A stretch of 64,000 nucleotides of DNA from a virus (Duplodnaviria > Heunggongvirae > Uroviricota > Caudoviricetes): IMG/VR virus record IMGVR_UViG_3300037312_000757. One strand, given 5' to 3'. Both the position numbers and the translations under genes were made by a program. Below are positions 35,461 through 43,169 of this stretch, piece after piece. The notes beneath the pieces are model-generated. The model did no database searches. It saw only the letters and a program-made list of their open reading frames with translations, and had not been told where the DNA came from. Positions within the stretch are counted from its first letter, which is position 1, and every line of letters starts with the position of its first letter.

Positions 35461-35480
35461 CTGGCAACCTTAGTTGCCAG
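35461..35480. promoter_or_regulatory. CTGGCAAC-ctta-GTTGCCAG perfect palindrome
   Basis: Same 8-mer half-sites as at 13453. Near-copy at 802-828 and single half-sites at 9880-9950, 15170-15200, 15920-15940, 36550-36560, 58845-58915 and 59560-59600. Confidence 0.45.
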
Positions 35481-35487
35481 TTGTGGC

Positions 35488-35847
35488 TTAGTGACGCGTG
35501 TTCAGCTTACCCTTCGACATGTCGGAGTAGAAGTGCTTCGTCACGTCGGCCACGAGATTCGGGCACAGCGTCATTTGCATCGCCGGCGAAGCAACCGGGG
35601 TGTACACATCACCACCATCCGTGCGGCCACCGATCTTTTCTGCCCACTTTTCCATCACGGCGCCCAGCTCGCTCAGGAAGCGCGTCTTGAACTTCAGCTT
35701 GCCGTTACGCCGACCCCAGAAGTTGACCAGCTTGCCGTCGATCTTCGCGATGCCCCAGATTTTGTCATTAGAAGCAGCACCGCCTGCGTTGCCACGTGCG
35801 CCTTCGTTGTAGAAGTGACCAAACTTGAGGATTTCGACGTTTGCCAT
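35488..35847 (-). CDS. paralog family B protein (GRRxGKLxFKT core)
   Basis: Start MANVEIL. Shares M.VEI...GH...G.RG..GG.SKD.V.G.A......GRRGG.L.FKT with 39657 and 45470 genes. Conserved 5'-UTR hairpin upstream. Confidence 0.6.
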   Translation of the reverse strand: MANVEILKFGHFYNEGARGNAGGAASNDKIWGIAKIDGKLVNFWGRRNGKLKFKTRFLSELGAVMEKWAEKIGGRTDGGDVYTPVASPAMQMTLCPNLVADVTKHFYSDMSKGKLNTRH

Positions 35848-35880
35848 GTTCATTTCTCCTTAAAGTTGTTGCAGCGTTTT

Positions 35881-35899
35881 GTTTGCTGCGTTGCGTCTA
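35881..35899 (-). promoter_or_regulatory. conserved 5'-UTR hairpin of paralog family B mRNAs
   Basis: GCAGCgttttgtttGCTGC between the promoter repeat and the RBS. Equivalents at 40083-40097 and 46014-46034. Confidence 0.4.
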
Positions 35900-35958
35900 C
35901 CATGTATCACATTCTACATTCATTTGGTAGGCAGTCAACAACTAAATGAACATTTTTG

Positions 35959-36186
35959 TCATTCTTTTTGCGCCAGCTTTACTTGCTGTTTGTAGCGTTC
36001 CTCCCACGCTGCCATCGGCCATGCTACCGACAGCAAGCAAATCAAGCAGAAGCCCTGGAACACACGAACGCCGCTGTCGCCGACGTACCATGAGCCCCCA
36101 ACGCCCCAGATCATTTGGCTGACGCCACACAGCATCGCAATCCACGACGTTGCGATAACAACTCCCAGCAAGATTTTGAGCTTCAT
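35959..36186 (-). CDS. small membrane protein
   Basis: 75 aa with two TM helices. RBS GGGGAA. Confidence 0.5.
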   Translation of the reverse strand: MKLKILLGVVIATSWIAMLCGVSQMIWGVGGSWYVGDSGVRVFQGFCLICLLSVAWPMAAWEERYKQQVKLAQKE

Positions 36187-36214
36187 TCTATTCCCCTATA
36201 CAGTTGTTGTTCGA

Positions 36215-36553
36215 TCACTTTTCCCAAGACCAGTTCGCGTTATGCAAGCGGGCGGCCACAATGCTGGCATCGCTGTAACACACCAAATAATGATGTCCTT
36301 CTTCTTTGACGACTAGTTGAGGATTTGAAGAGCACTGCACGTTCACGGTCGTTGCGCGTTGAAAGTCTTCCAGCGTGCGATGGCGTCGCCGTATGTCAGG
36401 AATCTGCGCATACAACATTTCGGTCACAGTCGGGTAGTAGCGCTCAGCCGCATCAGCTTGGATGCTCTTGCAGGGGGATAGACCGTATGTCATCGAGACT
36501 GAATAGGGATACGTATCCCTATTCAGTGCCGTGGTGGCAATTACCGTAATCAT
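36215..36553 (-). CDS. hypothetical protein (contains 30-bp perfect palindrome)
   Basis: 112-aa ORF with weak RBS. GTTGCCAG motif 15 nt upstream of the ATG. Confidence 0.5.
   Translation of the reverse strand: MITVIATTALNRDTYPYSVSMTYGLSPCKSIQADAAERYYPTVTEMLYAQIPDIRRRHRTLEDFQRATTVNVQCSSNPQLVVKEEGHHYLVCYSDASIVAARLHNANWSWEK
36498..36527. repeat. perfect 30-bp palindrome ACTGAATAGGGATAC|GTATCCCTATTCAGT inside a CDS
   Basis: Read directly from the sequence. Lies within the coding region of the 36215..36553 gene. Confidence 0.7.
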
Positions 36554-36620
36554 GTTGTTTTAGTTGCCAGAGATTTACAAACTTCCGATGCTAACTTCAT
36601 CGCAAGCACGGCGTCAACGT

Positions 36621-36782
36621 TTAAACCCGCGTGGCTATGATGGGATTGCCATGTATGCCGAAGTCGCCTTCGATGCCAAGTGCCTTGAAACCGGCTTCGA
36701 TCAATGCCTCTTGCTCATCTCCTACTTCGACAGTCATCTTGAAACCATCGTCGAATTCGACTTCGTATTCTTGCAAGCTCAT
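36621..36782 (-). CDS. small acidic protein (53 aa)
   Basis: Below the track cutoff. GGAG 7 nt upstream, directly after a promoter repeat. The plus-strand ORFs 36564..36827 and 36631..36903 are shadows. Confidence 0.45.
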   Translation of the reverse strand: MSLQEYEVEFDDGFKMTVEVGDEQEALIEAGFKALGIEGDFGIHGNPIIATRV

Positions 36783-36842
36783 GTCATGCTCCGGTTGTTA
36801 CCATGTTCAAATGGTAACATCAAATGAAATGCCAATCAAGCA

Positions 36843-37049
36843 TCAAATGATTTCGATCTCGTCACGTTTGACAGTACAAGCCGTATTGTTGGCTTCAAAG
36901 TGATACTCGCCGTTGCCCTTATCGATCAGCAGATCGCTCACCGTACCCTTCTTCAGCACGTCGCCGTTATCCAGTTTGATACGCTTCTTGAGCTTGGCTT
37001 TGAGCTTCGTATTGCTGGTGTACGCACGGACCATGTCGCTCAGTTTCAT
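36843..37049 (-). CDS. hypothetical small basic protein
   Basis: 68 aa. RBS AAAGGAGAAC. Confidence 0.5.
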   Translation of the reverse strand: MKLSDMVRAYTSNTKLKAKLKKRIKLDNGDVLKKGTVSDLLIDKGNGEYHFEANNTACTVKRDEIEII

Positions 37050-37079
37050 GTTGTTCTCCTTTAACCAAGAATGCGCCGC

Positions 37080-37364
37080 TTAACGCAGGTGCTCGAGGCC
37101 AGGGTGCTCGAATGCGCGTTCGAAGATCCAGCATTCGCCGTCTTCACGACGGTAGGTGCCAACGTGCTCTTCCGTCGACCCATGCTTGTCTTTCACGTCG
37201 CCAACATAGTAATACAGGAACAAGCCGTGCGTAACCCCGGGTTCGTTGCCTTCCTCGTCGTAAGAGCGCTTGACGATGTTCACGCCAGGGAATGTGTCAG
37301 CAACCAGTTCATCGAATGCTTGCGCCGTCAGTTTACCGCTAAACAACATTCCAATACGGGGCAT
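37080..37364 (-). CDS. hypothetical protein
   Basis: 94 aa. RBS AAGGAGAAC. Promoter repeat upstream. Confidence 0.55.
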   Translation of the reverse strand: MPRIGMLFSGKLTAQAFDELVADTFPGVNIVKRSYDEEGNEPGVTHGLFLYYYVGDVKDKHGSTEEHVGTYRREDGECWIFERAFEHPGLEHLR

Positions 37365-37467
37365 GCTTGTTCTCCTTGTTGTTTATCATGTTCAAAGAAT
37401 ATAGCCAAATGAAACAACAATCAAGCGGAAAAGCCACCGAAGTGGCTTTCTTTGTTTGCGTTTTCGC

Positions 37468-38025
37468 TTATGCTTGCTGCACAACCTTGCGTGCGGCAAG
37501 ATGATATGCGTTGGCGGCGTTAATCATCACCAGCATCGTCAGGCCGCCGAAGCTCAGTGCTTCATGATGTGCAAACACCAACACACCTTCCAGCAGGATC
37601 GTGAAGCCCCAAGCTTTGTAAACGTTGCCACACCACTTTTCTGCCCAGCTTGCAACCGACGGAGCCGAGAACATCAGCGCCGCAGCAACCAGAATCCAGA
37701 GCAGCGGTTGTTGAGCTGCTTCGTGGTGTGCGATCACAAAACTTGCAATCGGGAGAAAACCACTTGCGATCGCAGCAACGAACTGGCCGATCGTGCGCTT
37801 TTGTGCAGCGTTGATCTTGATCGGGGCGGCCGTCGGTTGCTTGCGCGAACCAGTGCGCTTCGACGCTTGCGGTTGTGCAACCTTCGGCTTATCAACTGCC
37901 GGTTTTGCGTCCTTCAGCGCTTGTGCAGCAGCACGACGAGCACGGCTACGAACAGCGCTGGGCGACATCGACAATTGCTTGTCCGACTTTGCTGCCAGTT
38001 CCACCACGTTAGCTGCGTTTGCCAT
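37468..38025 (-). CDS. protein with basic Lys/Ala-rich N-terminal region and C-terminal membrane domain
   Basis: Trimmed to MANAANVV. The C-terminal ~100 aa are hydrophobic. Confidence 0.6.
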   Translation of the reverse strand: MANAANVVELAAKSDKQLSMSPSAVRSRARRAAAQALKDAKPAVDKPKVAQPQASKRTGSRKQPTAAPIKINAAQKRTIGQFVAAIASGFLPIASFVIAHHEAAQQPLLWILVAAALMFSAPSVASWAEKWCGNVYKAWGFTILLEGVLVFAHHEALSFGGLTMLVMINAANAYHLAARKVVQQA

Positions 38026-38093
38026 GTTTGCTTCTCCTTTGTTGTTTACCATGTATCAAATGATATGCTCAGGTGAATGTGGTTGCAAGCGCT

Positions 38094-38396
38094 TTATGGA
38101 ATAAATGTGGCGAGTGGTTTGAGAAAGAACGCGCCTAATACATCAAGCTGCGTGTTGGCGAAACCAACCTGGAACCAATGGTAGCCCAGATAACCATCAA
38201 CGAGAATGTCTACCTCCACGTTGTCGTTTTTGTAGCGGATATTCGTCTCAGTTTTCTCATACCAATCTCGGTCGAGATCAAGATCACAATAAGTCTTGAA
38301 GAACTCGTCTACTGCCACTTTTGTTTGTGGAAGATCGTAAGAAATCAGCATTCGGTTTTCTGGTATCGGTATGTTGGGTACCGGCCCAAAATTCAT
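38094..38396 (-). CDS. hypothetical protein
   Basis: 100 aa. ATGA-coupled to the upstream gene. Confidence 0.5.
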   Translation of the reverse strand: MNFGPVPNIPIPENRMLISYDLPQTKVAVDEFFKTYCDLDLDRDWYEKTETNIRYKNDNVEVDILVDGYLGYHWFQVGFANTQLDVLGAFFLKPLATFIP

Positions 38397-38674
38397 GTTT
38401 TAGTAACCGCGTTGAGGATCATGTCCAGCGCGTGCAGGAATTCATCACTCTGCATGCGTTCAGAACCGCGCAGGAGCCTCACCGTGATGATGGCGTTTTC
38501 AAGATCGCTGTTGGTATAGTCAACCCCATTCCACAGCGCGATGGCGCCGTCTTGCGTTTCGTGGGGTTTGCTTTGATGGCCGCAGAAATGGCATTTCAGA
38601 AAAAACTTGCCAATCTGGTGTACGTGAATGGTCTCTTGATTACCGCACTTGCAGGCTTTGAAGGATGAGGACAT
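38393..38674 (-). CDS. zinc-binding small protein
   Basis: CKCG...CHFCGH. RBS AGGAG. Confidence 0.5.
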   Translation of the reverse strand: MSSSFKACKCGNQETIHVHQIGKFFLKCHFCGHQSKPHETQDGAIALWNGVDYTNSDLENAIITVRLLRGSERMQSDEFLHALDMILNAVTKT

Positions 38675-38739
38675 AGCATACTCCTAAGACAGTTGCCATA
38701 TCCCCATACTATTGCAGAAAAATTATGGCATCAAGAATT

Positions 38740-39216
38740 TTACTTGATGTGTTGCTTGATTGCATTCACCAATGCGACACGCATGGCATTGCGATGCGCT
38801 TCAGCGGCTTCAGCGTCGGTGCGAGCGTCTTCGACCGTCGCATTCTCAAGTGCCGTGATCGCATTCATGATGTCTTCGGGAATGTCGAACTTCTTCGCCA
38901 TATCCACCTTTGCTTTGGTGATCTCGGCTGCGATCTGACGCAGTTCATCCGGCCCACCAACGGTGAAGTTAACAGTCACATCGCTTTCCAGCGAGCCATA
39001 TTGAATGAAGCAGTTAAACACACCTGCCTTGATGATTTGTGCGCCGTAACCACCGTCCGACATGACAGCTTTACATTCGCCCAACATATGCACACCTTCT
39101 GCACTCCAGATACCACCCATTTGTGGGTGGTCGGGTTTGATCAGTTCACCATGTTGCCGAATGTACTGATACAGGGCGTTGAAAACTTGCGCCAGTTGAA
39201 TGTTATGCACTTTCAT
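38740..39216 (-). CDS. hypothetical protein
   Basis: Trimmed to MKVHNIQ after CGAGGAGAAC. Confidence 0.55.
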   Translation of the reverse strand: MKVHNIQLAQVFNALYQYIRQHGELIKPDHPQMGGIWSAEGVHMLGECKAVMSDGGYGAQIIKAGVFNCFIQYGSLESDVTVNFTVGGPDELRQIAAEITKAKVDMAKKFDIPEDIMNAITALENATVEDARTDAEAAEAHRNAMRVALVNAIKQHIK

Positions 39217-39277
39217 CTTGTTCTCCTCGTCGGTTACCATGTTCTTATGGTAACTTCACCTGAACCTGGCTACAAGC

Positions 39278-39538
39278 CTAATGCACGACATAAAGATGGT
39301 TGAACATGCTGTCGTCAAACAGTTCGTCACGTTCTTGGCATTCACGTGCGAAATTGAACCGCACAAGCATACACAGATACAGCACATCATCTGCTGTTAG
39401 CTTGAAGTGAGAACCATCAAATGGCAAGCCAGAAATGCGAAGGAGTCGAAGAAGCTCGTCATCTGTGAGGCGATGATCCCGTTTCACGTTGCGTACTTCA
39501 ATCGACCCCACAAACCGTCCGTCTTCTCGTGTCAGCAT
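39278..39538 (-). CDS. hypothetical protein
   Basis: 86 aa. RBS AGGAAAC. Confidence 0.5.
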   Translation of the reverse strand: MLTREDGRFVGSIEVRNVKRDHRLTDDELLRLLRISGLPFDGSHFKLTADDVLYLCMLVRFNFARECQERDELFDDSMFNHLYVVH

Positions 39539-39611
39539 AACGTTTCCTGATCGTCTTAATGTTCACATTGTTGTTTCATATGAACATTAAGTCAAGCAGG
39601 AAGCCAGTTGG

Positions 39612-39642
39612 CAAAAGGGCCCGGGATTGCTCACGGGCCTTT
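39612..39642. terminator. bidirectional intrinsic terminator
   Basis: AAAAGGGCCCGggattgctcaCGGGCCTTTT. Confidence 0.6.
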
Positions 39643-39656
39643 TGCGCATCACGGAC

Positions 39657-40058
39657 TTATTCCGCTGCGGCAGCCTTCGCCGGCTTCGTCGAACGCGTGT
39701 TCACCTTGCCTTCCTTCTGCGCTGCGGCGAAGCCCTTCGCGACGTCTTCCATGATCGTCGGGCAGGTCTGCTTGATCGCCTTCGCCGACGTGATGTCCAC
39801 GTACTGGATGCCCTTCACGTCCTTGCCTTCGAGCTTCAGCGCGAACAGTTCGAGAGCTGCGTCGAGCTCCGTGCGCTTCTCGGTCTTGAAGCGCAGCTTG
39901 CCACCACGGCGACCGTAGAACTTGACGAGGCGCTGTCCCTTGCCTGCGCCGATGTAAGCCAGACCCCAGACGCTGTCCTTCGACGGCTTGCCGCCCTTCT
40001 CGCCGCGTTCGCCATCGACCAGTGCGTGTCCCAGACGGATGATTTCGACTTGTGCCAT
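39657..40058 (-). CDS. paralog family B protein
   Basis: MAQVEIIRLGHALVDGERG...GRRGGKLRFKT. RBS GGAGAAG. 5'-UTR hairpin GCTGCgttttGCAGC. Confidence 0.6.
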   Translation of the reverse strand: MAQVEIIRLGHALVDGERGEKGGKPSKDSVWGLAYIGAGKGQRLVKFYGRRGGKLRFKTEKRTELDAALELFALKLEGKDVKGIQYVDITSAKAIKQTCPTIMEDVAKGFAAAQKEGKVNTRSTKPAKAAAAE

Positions 40059-40183
40059 TGTTCACTTCTCCTTTAAAAGTTAGCTGCGTTTTGCAGCAGT
40101 ACCTACCATGTGTCAAATGATAGGATCACCTAATTACCACGTCAACACCTTTTTCAGAAAATTTTTGACTTTTTGAACGAGGT

Positions 40184-40240
40184 TACTGGTTTACTAACAA
40201 GGTTCAGAACTGGTAAGGCTTTCCCTGAAATTACTGGTTA
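40184..40240. repeat. three direct (T)TACTGGT(T/A)A iteron-like repeats
   Basis: ttactggttt / aactggtaag / ttactggtta spaced ~23 bp apart in a noncoding gap next to an AT-rich TTTTCAGAAAATTTTTGACTTTTTGAA tract. Confidence 0.4.
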
Positions 40241-40533
40241 CCAAAGGTCAAATAAGCATTCAACGCATCGTTGTATTTTCCATACACTGTTGCAAGAATT
40301 CCACCAAATACAGTCTTGGTTGCCTTGATCTTATTGACGGCCTGCCAATTGTGAAACGCCTTGGTATCAATGGCGGAGCGGTCGAACAACACTATGTACC
40401 TCGAAGCGTCAAATTTCTTATTGGCGTTCGCCATTCTCGAATAAAACTGCCGCACAGCAAGCTCAGCTTTGCTGTGAAGCTGGTCCTCAGGCATCAGGAA
40501 CCAAGTTTCAAACTGACGTATGATTGCAGTCAT
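40231..40533 (-). CDS. small protein, family A-like
   Basis: Trimmed to MTAIIRQ. Ends ...ALNAYLTFGNQ. Confidence 0.45.
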   Translation of the reverse strand: MTAIIRQFETWFLMPEDQLHSKAELAVRQFYSRMANANKKFDASRYIVLFDRSAIDTKAFHNWQAVNKIKATKTVFGGILATVYGKYNDALNAYLTFGNQ

Positions 40534-40534
40534 G

Positions 40535-40864
40535 TCAGCACCAAGTAAAGTGGAACGCGAGTGCGTCGTTGAAGTTCTCGAACAGTGCAACACGATTGAT
40601 AAACCGTAGCGACCATCCGCCAGTGCAGTTCTCTTTCGCCCATCGATAGATGGGACTTGTTCTAGCTTTGTCTGTCTCCAAACGCAACGGTTTTGCCTTG
40701 GTTGCCAAGTCGAACATAACTAGATCACCAACAGCATATGCCGGTGCGAAGTCATGCTGTTTTTGCACCAACTCGAAGAGCTCCTGGCGCATTCTCGAAC
40801 TACCACATTGGATGAGATCTGGGTACGCAATCCAGTCATCTATTTTGAAAAGGCGTGCGGACAT
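40535..40864 (-). CDS. paralog family A small protein
   Basis: 109 aa ending ...FNDALAFHFTWC. Confidence 0.5.
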   Translation of the reverse strand: MSARLFKIDDWIAYPDLIQCGSSRMRQELFELVQKQHDFAPAYAVGDLVMFDLATKAKPLRLETDKARTSPIYRWAKENCTGGWSLRFINRVALFENFNDALAFHFTWC

Positions 40865-40865
40865 A

Positions 40866-41156
40866 TTAGAACCAGGTCATGTAGACAAGCAGAGCGTCAG
40901 TGTACTCTGCAAAGAACATGGCTTCATTGGAAATGTTCAGGAAATGACGACCTGTCATGTTCCCTTCAAACCATTGACGCAATGTTGACCACTGCTCGTA
41001 GATTGGGTCTGGCTCAAAGCCGTATATCATGTACACCGGTACGAAATGTGCGACCTTCCACACGTGGTCGATCACATAATGTCTACCACGAGACCCAACC
41101 ATTTCTGAGTGTGGCTCGGCTACCCAGTCTTCAACCTTGAGTAGCCGTACCGTCAC
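40866..41156 (-). CDS. paralog family A small protein
   Basis: 96 aa ending ...YTDALLVYMTWF. GTGA junction. Confidence 0.5.
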   Translation of the reverse strand: MTVRLLKVEDWVAEPHSEMVGSRGRHYVIDHVWKVAHFVPVYMIYGFEPDPIYEQWSTLRQWFEGNMTGRHFLNISNEAMFFAEYTDALLVYMTWF

Positions 41157-41476
41157 AGTTTGTCACCGTGTGTCATGTAAAACTTGATCGCGTCGATCTC
41201 ACGTTCGAAGAACACTACGAACACGCCCGTACCGTTGCGTGAGCGGGCGATCATCTCCTGACGACCTTCGCACTGGCCATCCAACCATTCAACCAGTTCC
41301 GTCATCGCCCACTTGCGTTTGTGGTTGAATGCGATAACGAGAGCGCAAGCGATCGGGAACGTCATCGACTCAACACCGTTCAGGAACCAGCTGCCAGCAT
41401 GTTCGACATCACCGTACAGGTGATCGAGTTTGCCAAGCTCGTTGAAGACGTGGGGTTTGAAGATTTGTACGTTCAT
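41153..41476 (-). CDS. paralog family A small protein
   Basis: Trimmed to MNVQIF (ATGA junction). Ends ...EIDAIKFYMTHGDKL. Confidence 0.5.
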   Translation of the reverse strand: MNVQIFKPHVFNELGKLDHLYGDVEHAGSWFLNGVESMTFPIACALVIAFNHKRKWAMTELVEWLDGQCEGRQEMIARSRNGTGVFVVFFEREIDAIKFYMTHGDKL

Positions 41477-41673
41477 TCGGCAAGGTATGGACTGAACCAC
41501 AACCCCTCGTGTTGAGCGTTGAACTTACCTGCCTTGTACATTGCACCAGCTTCGTTGTACCCGACGAACGCGTCAGCCGGGTTAGGGCTTAGCCATTGCT
41601 CACCAGCCTTGCCGGTGTAGTACAGTTTTTCGCCAGTTTGCTTGTTTTCTGCCACTACACCATGCGTACTCAT
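41473..41673 (-). CDS. hypothetical small protein
   Basis: Trimmed to MSTHGVV after GGGAGAA. Confidence 0.45.
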   Translation of the reverse strand: MSTHGVVAENKQTGEKLYYTGKAGEQWLSPNPADAFVGYNEAGAMYKAGKFNAQHEGLWFSPYLAE

Positions 41674-41733
41674 TATTATTCTCCCGCACAAAGGTTATTG
41701 GACTTCAGATGATACGTTCATATGAACATACAG

Positions 41734-42006
41734 TCAACCCCAAGTCAGCAACCACAACATTGCTTCATTTTCGTCTTCGAAGTAGATAGCAGGTGGGATA
41801 AAGTCAACACCAGGGTTTGTGCCTACCTGCTTCTTTATTTGTTCGTGCCGCCAATCAGGACATACTGCGTAAAAGTGAAGATGATGGTCGGTCAACAATA
41901 CTGATGATGGCTTGAACAGGACATTGCCCATGTTGCGCGACATCCAATTCTGCACTCGGTTTTCACCATACATCTCGATGAAGTCAGGGAACGAAACCAG
42001 CTTCAT
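41734..42006 (-). CDS. paralog family A small protein
   Basis: 90 aa ending ...ENEAMLWLLTWG. Confidence 0.5.
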   Translation of the reverse strand: MKLVSFPDFIEMYGENRVQNWMSRNMGNVLFKPSSVLLTDHHLHFYAVCPDWRHEQIKKQVGTNPGVDFIPPAIYFEDENEAMLWLLTWG

Positions 42007-42007
42007 G

Positions 42008-42253
42008 TTACTGACCCTTCTTACCCAAGCGAATGGTCATCGTCTCCCGTAATTTTTCAACTTCGAAGGTTTCGCCCTCGAAATAGCTGATGAAATCCTC
42101 CGGAAGCTGTTGCAAGACGAGGTCTGTTTCGTAGACCGAAGTGTACGGCATGAAACCACCACGACCACCCTCTTCGGTGGTGATGACCTGGATGACTGCG
42201 TCTTCAGGAAATTGATCGAGCCACTTTTGCAATTCGAGTCGCGTCACACTCAT
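42008..42253 (-). CDS. hypothetical small protein
   Basis: 81 aa. RBS CAGGAGAAC. Promoter repeat upstream. Confidence 0.5.
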   Translation of the reverse strand: MSVTRLELQKWLDQFPEDAVIQVITTEEGGRGGFMPYTSVYETDLVLQQLPEDFISYFEGETFEVEKLRETMTIRLGKKGQ

Positions 42254-42259
42254 CTCGTT

Positions 42260-42305
42260 CTCCTGTCGTTACCATGTTCATATGGTAAGTTCAAATGAAC
42301 AATCA
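42260..42305 (-). promoter_or_regulatory. conserved promoter/operator/leader repeat copy
   Basis: ttaccatgttcatatggtaagttcaaatgaacaatcagtcaagcgc. Confidence 0.55.
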
Positions 42306-42602
42306 GTCAAGCGCAAGATAGAATTGCATAGCATCAGAATGATTCTGGAAATACGCAAAACCAAGTCCGTCCAATGCATACTGCTGAATGCCTTGGTTCT
42401 TCAGAATTTTTTCGTAAACACTGGGCGCTTCAATAGCAGACGCGACAACGAATTCAATCGTTATCTTGTTTTGGCGCTCCAATCGTCCTATGTCAATGCG
42501 GCGTTTTTTGCGCGTCTCGCGTGATGCACGCTGCTTCAGAAAATTGCCCTTGAAGTCGTACTCGACGCCGACAAAATCTTCAACGGTAAAGAGCTCAGCC
42601 AT
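42303..42602 (-). CDS. paralog family A-like small protein
   Basis: 99 aa ending ...HSDAMQFYLALD. Confidence 0.5.
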   Translation of the reverse strand: MAELFTVEDFVGVEYDFKGNFLKQRASRETRKKRRIDIGRLERQNKITIEFVVASAIEAPSVYEKILKNQGIQQYALDGLGFAYFQNHSDAMQFYLALD

Positions 42603-42662
42603 GACGATCCCCTAGCATAATATCTAGGGGAAGTGTAACTGTAACAGGCAAGCTCGTAAAGC

Positions 42663-43169
42663 TTACGCCTTCTGCTGTAGTGCTTCGAGGACCAGCGGGT
42701 GAATGTACTTTGCGACTTTCACTTCCCAGTTGTCGAAGCCGACAAACCCGCGCACCGCTGATGAACTGATACGAGTTTTGTCTTCGGGCGGGATAACGAA
42801 AACATGGTCGATTTCGCTTTCGATATCCATGTTGAACCCTTGAATGTCTTTCTCGTAATCGAAATCGACACCGTTCCGAATACCGCGCATGATTGTGGTA
42901 ACGCCCAAGCGCTTCGCCACGCTGACGGTGAATTCATTTTCGACAACTACAAACTTCAGCTTTGCGAACAGTTCAGGTGTCAGAGAATCAGCTAGTACAC
43001 GACGAGCCAGGTCTTCACGCTCAACAGCATTGAACATGCCCTTCTTTGCTGGATTGTAGGCGATTGCAAAGTAGACTTCATCGAATGTCTTGCAAGCTCG
43101 TTCGACCATCCACTCATGGCCACGGGTGATGGGGTCGAATGACCCCGTTGTCATACCAATCGTGTACAT
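42663..43169 (-). CDS. coaD: phosphopantetheine adenylyltransferase (CoaD/PPAT)
   Basis: TGSFDPITRGHEWMVERA ... RGIRNGVDFDYE ... ISSSAVRGF aligns along the full length of CoaD (T/HxGH motif and ISSS motif). TAATG-coupled to coaE. Confidence 0.8.
   Translation of the reverse strand: MYTIGMTTGSFDPITRGHEWMVERACKTFDEVYFAIAYNPAKKGMFNAVEREDLARRVLADSLTPELFAKLKFVVVENEFTVSVAKRLGVTTIMRGIRNGVDFDYEKDIQGFNMDIESEIDHVFVIPPEDKTRISSSAVRGFVGFDNWEVKVAKYIHPLVLEALQQKA

Noticed and set aside
802-35480. Sigma-54 (-24/-12) promoters suggested by TGGCAAC...TTGC
   Set aside because: The GG-to-GC distance is consistently 12 rather than the invariant 11. The elements are palindromic, which fits a dimeric binding site or hairpin better.
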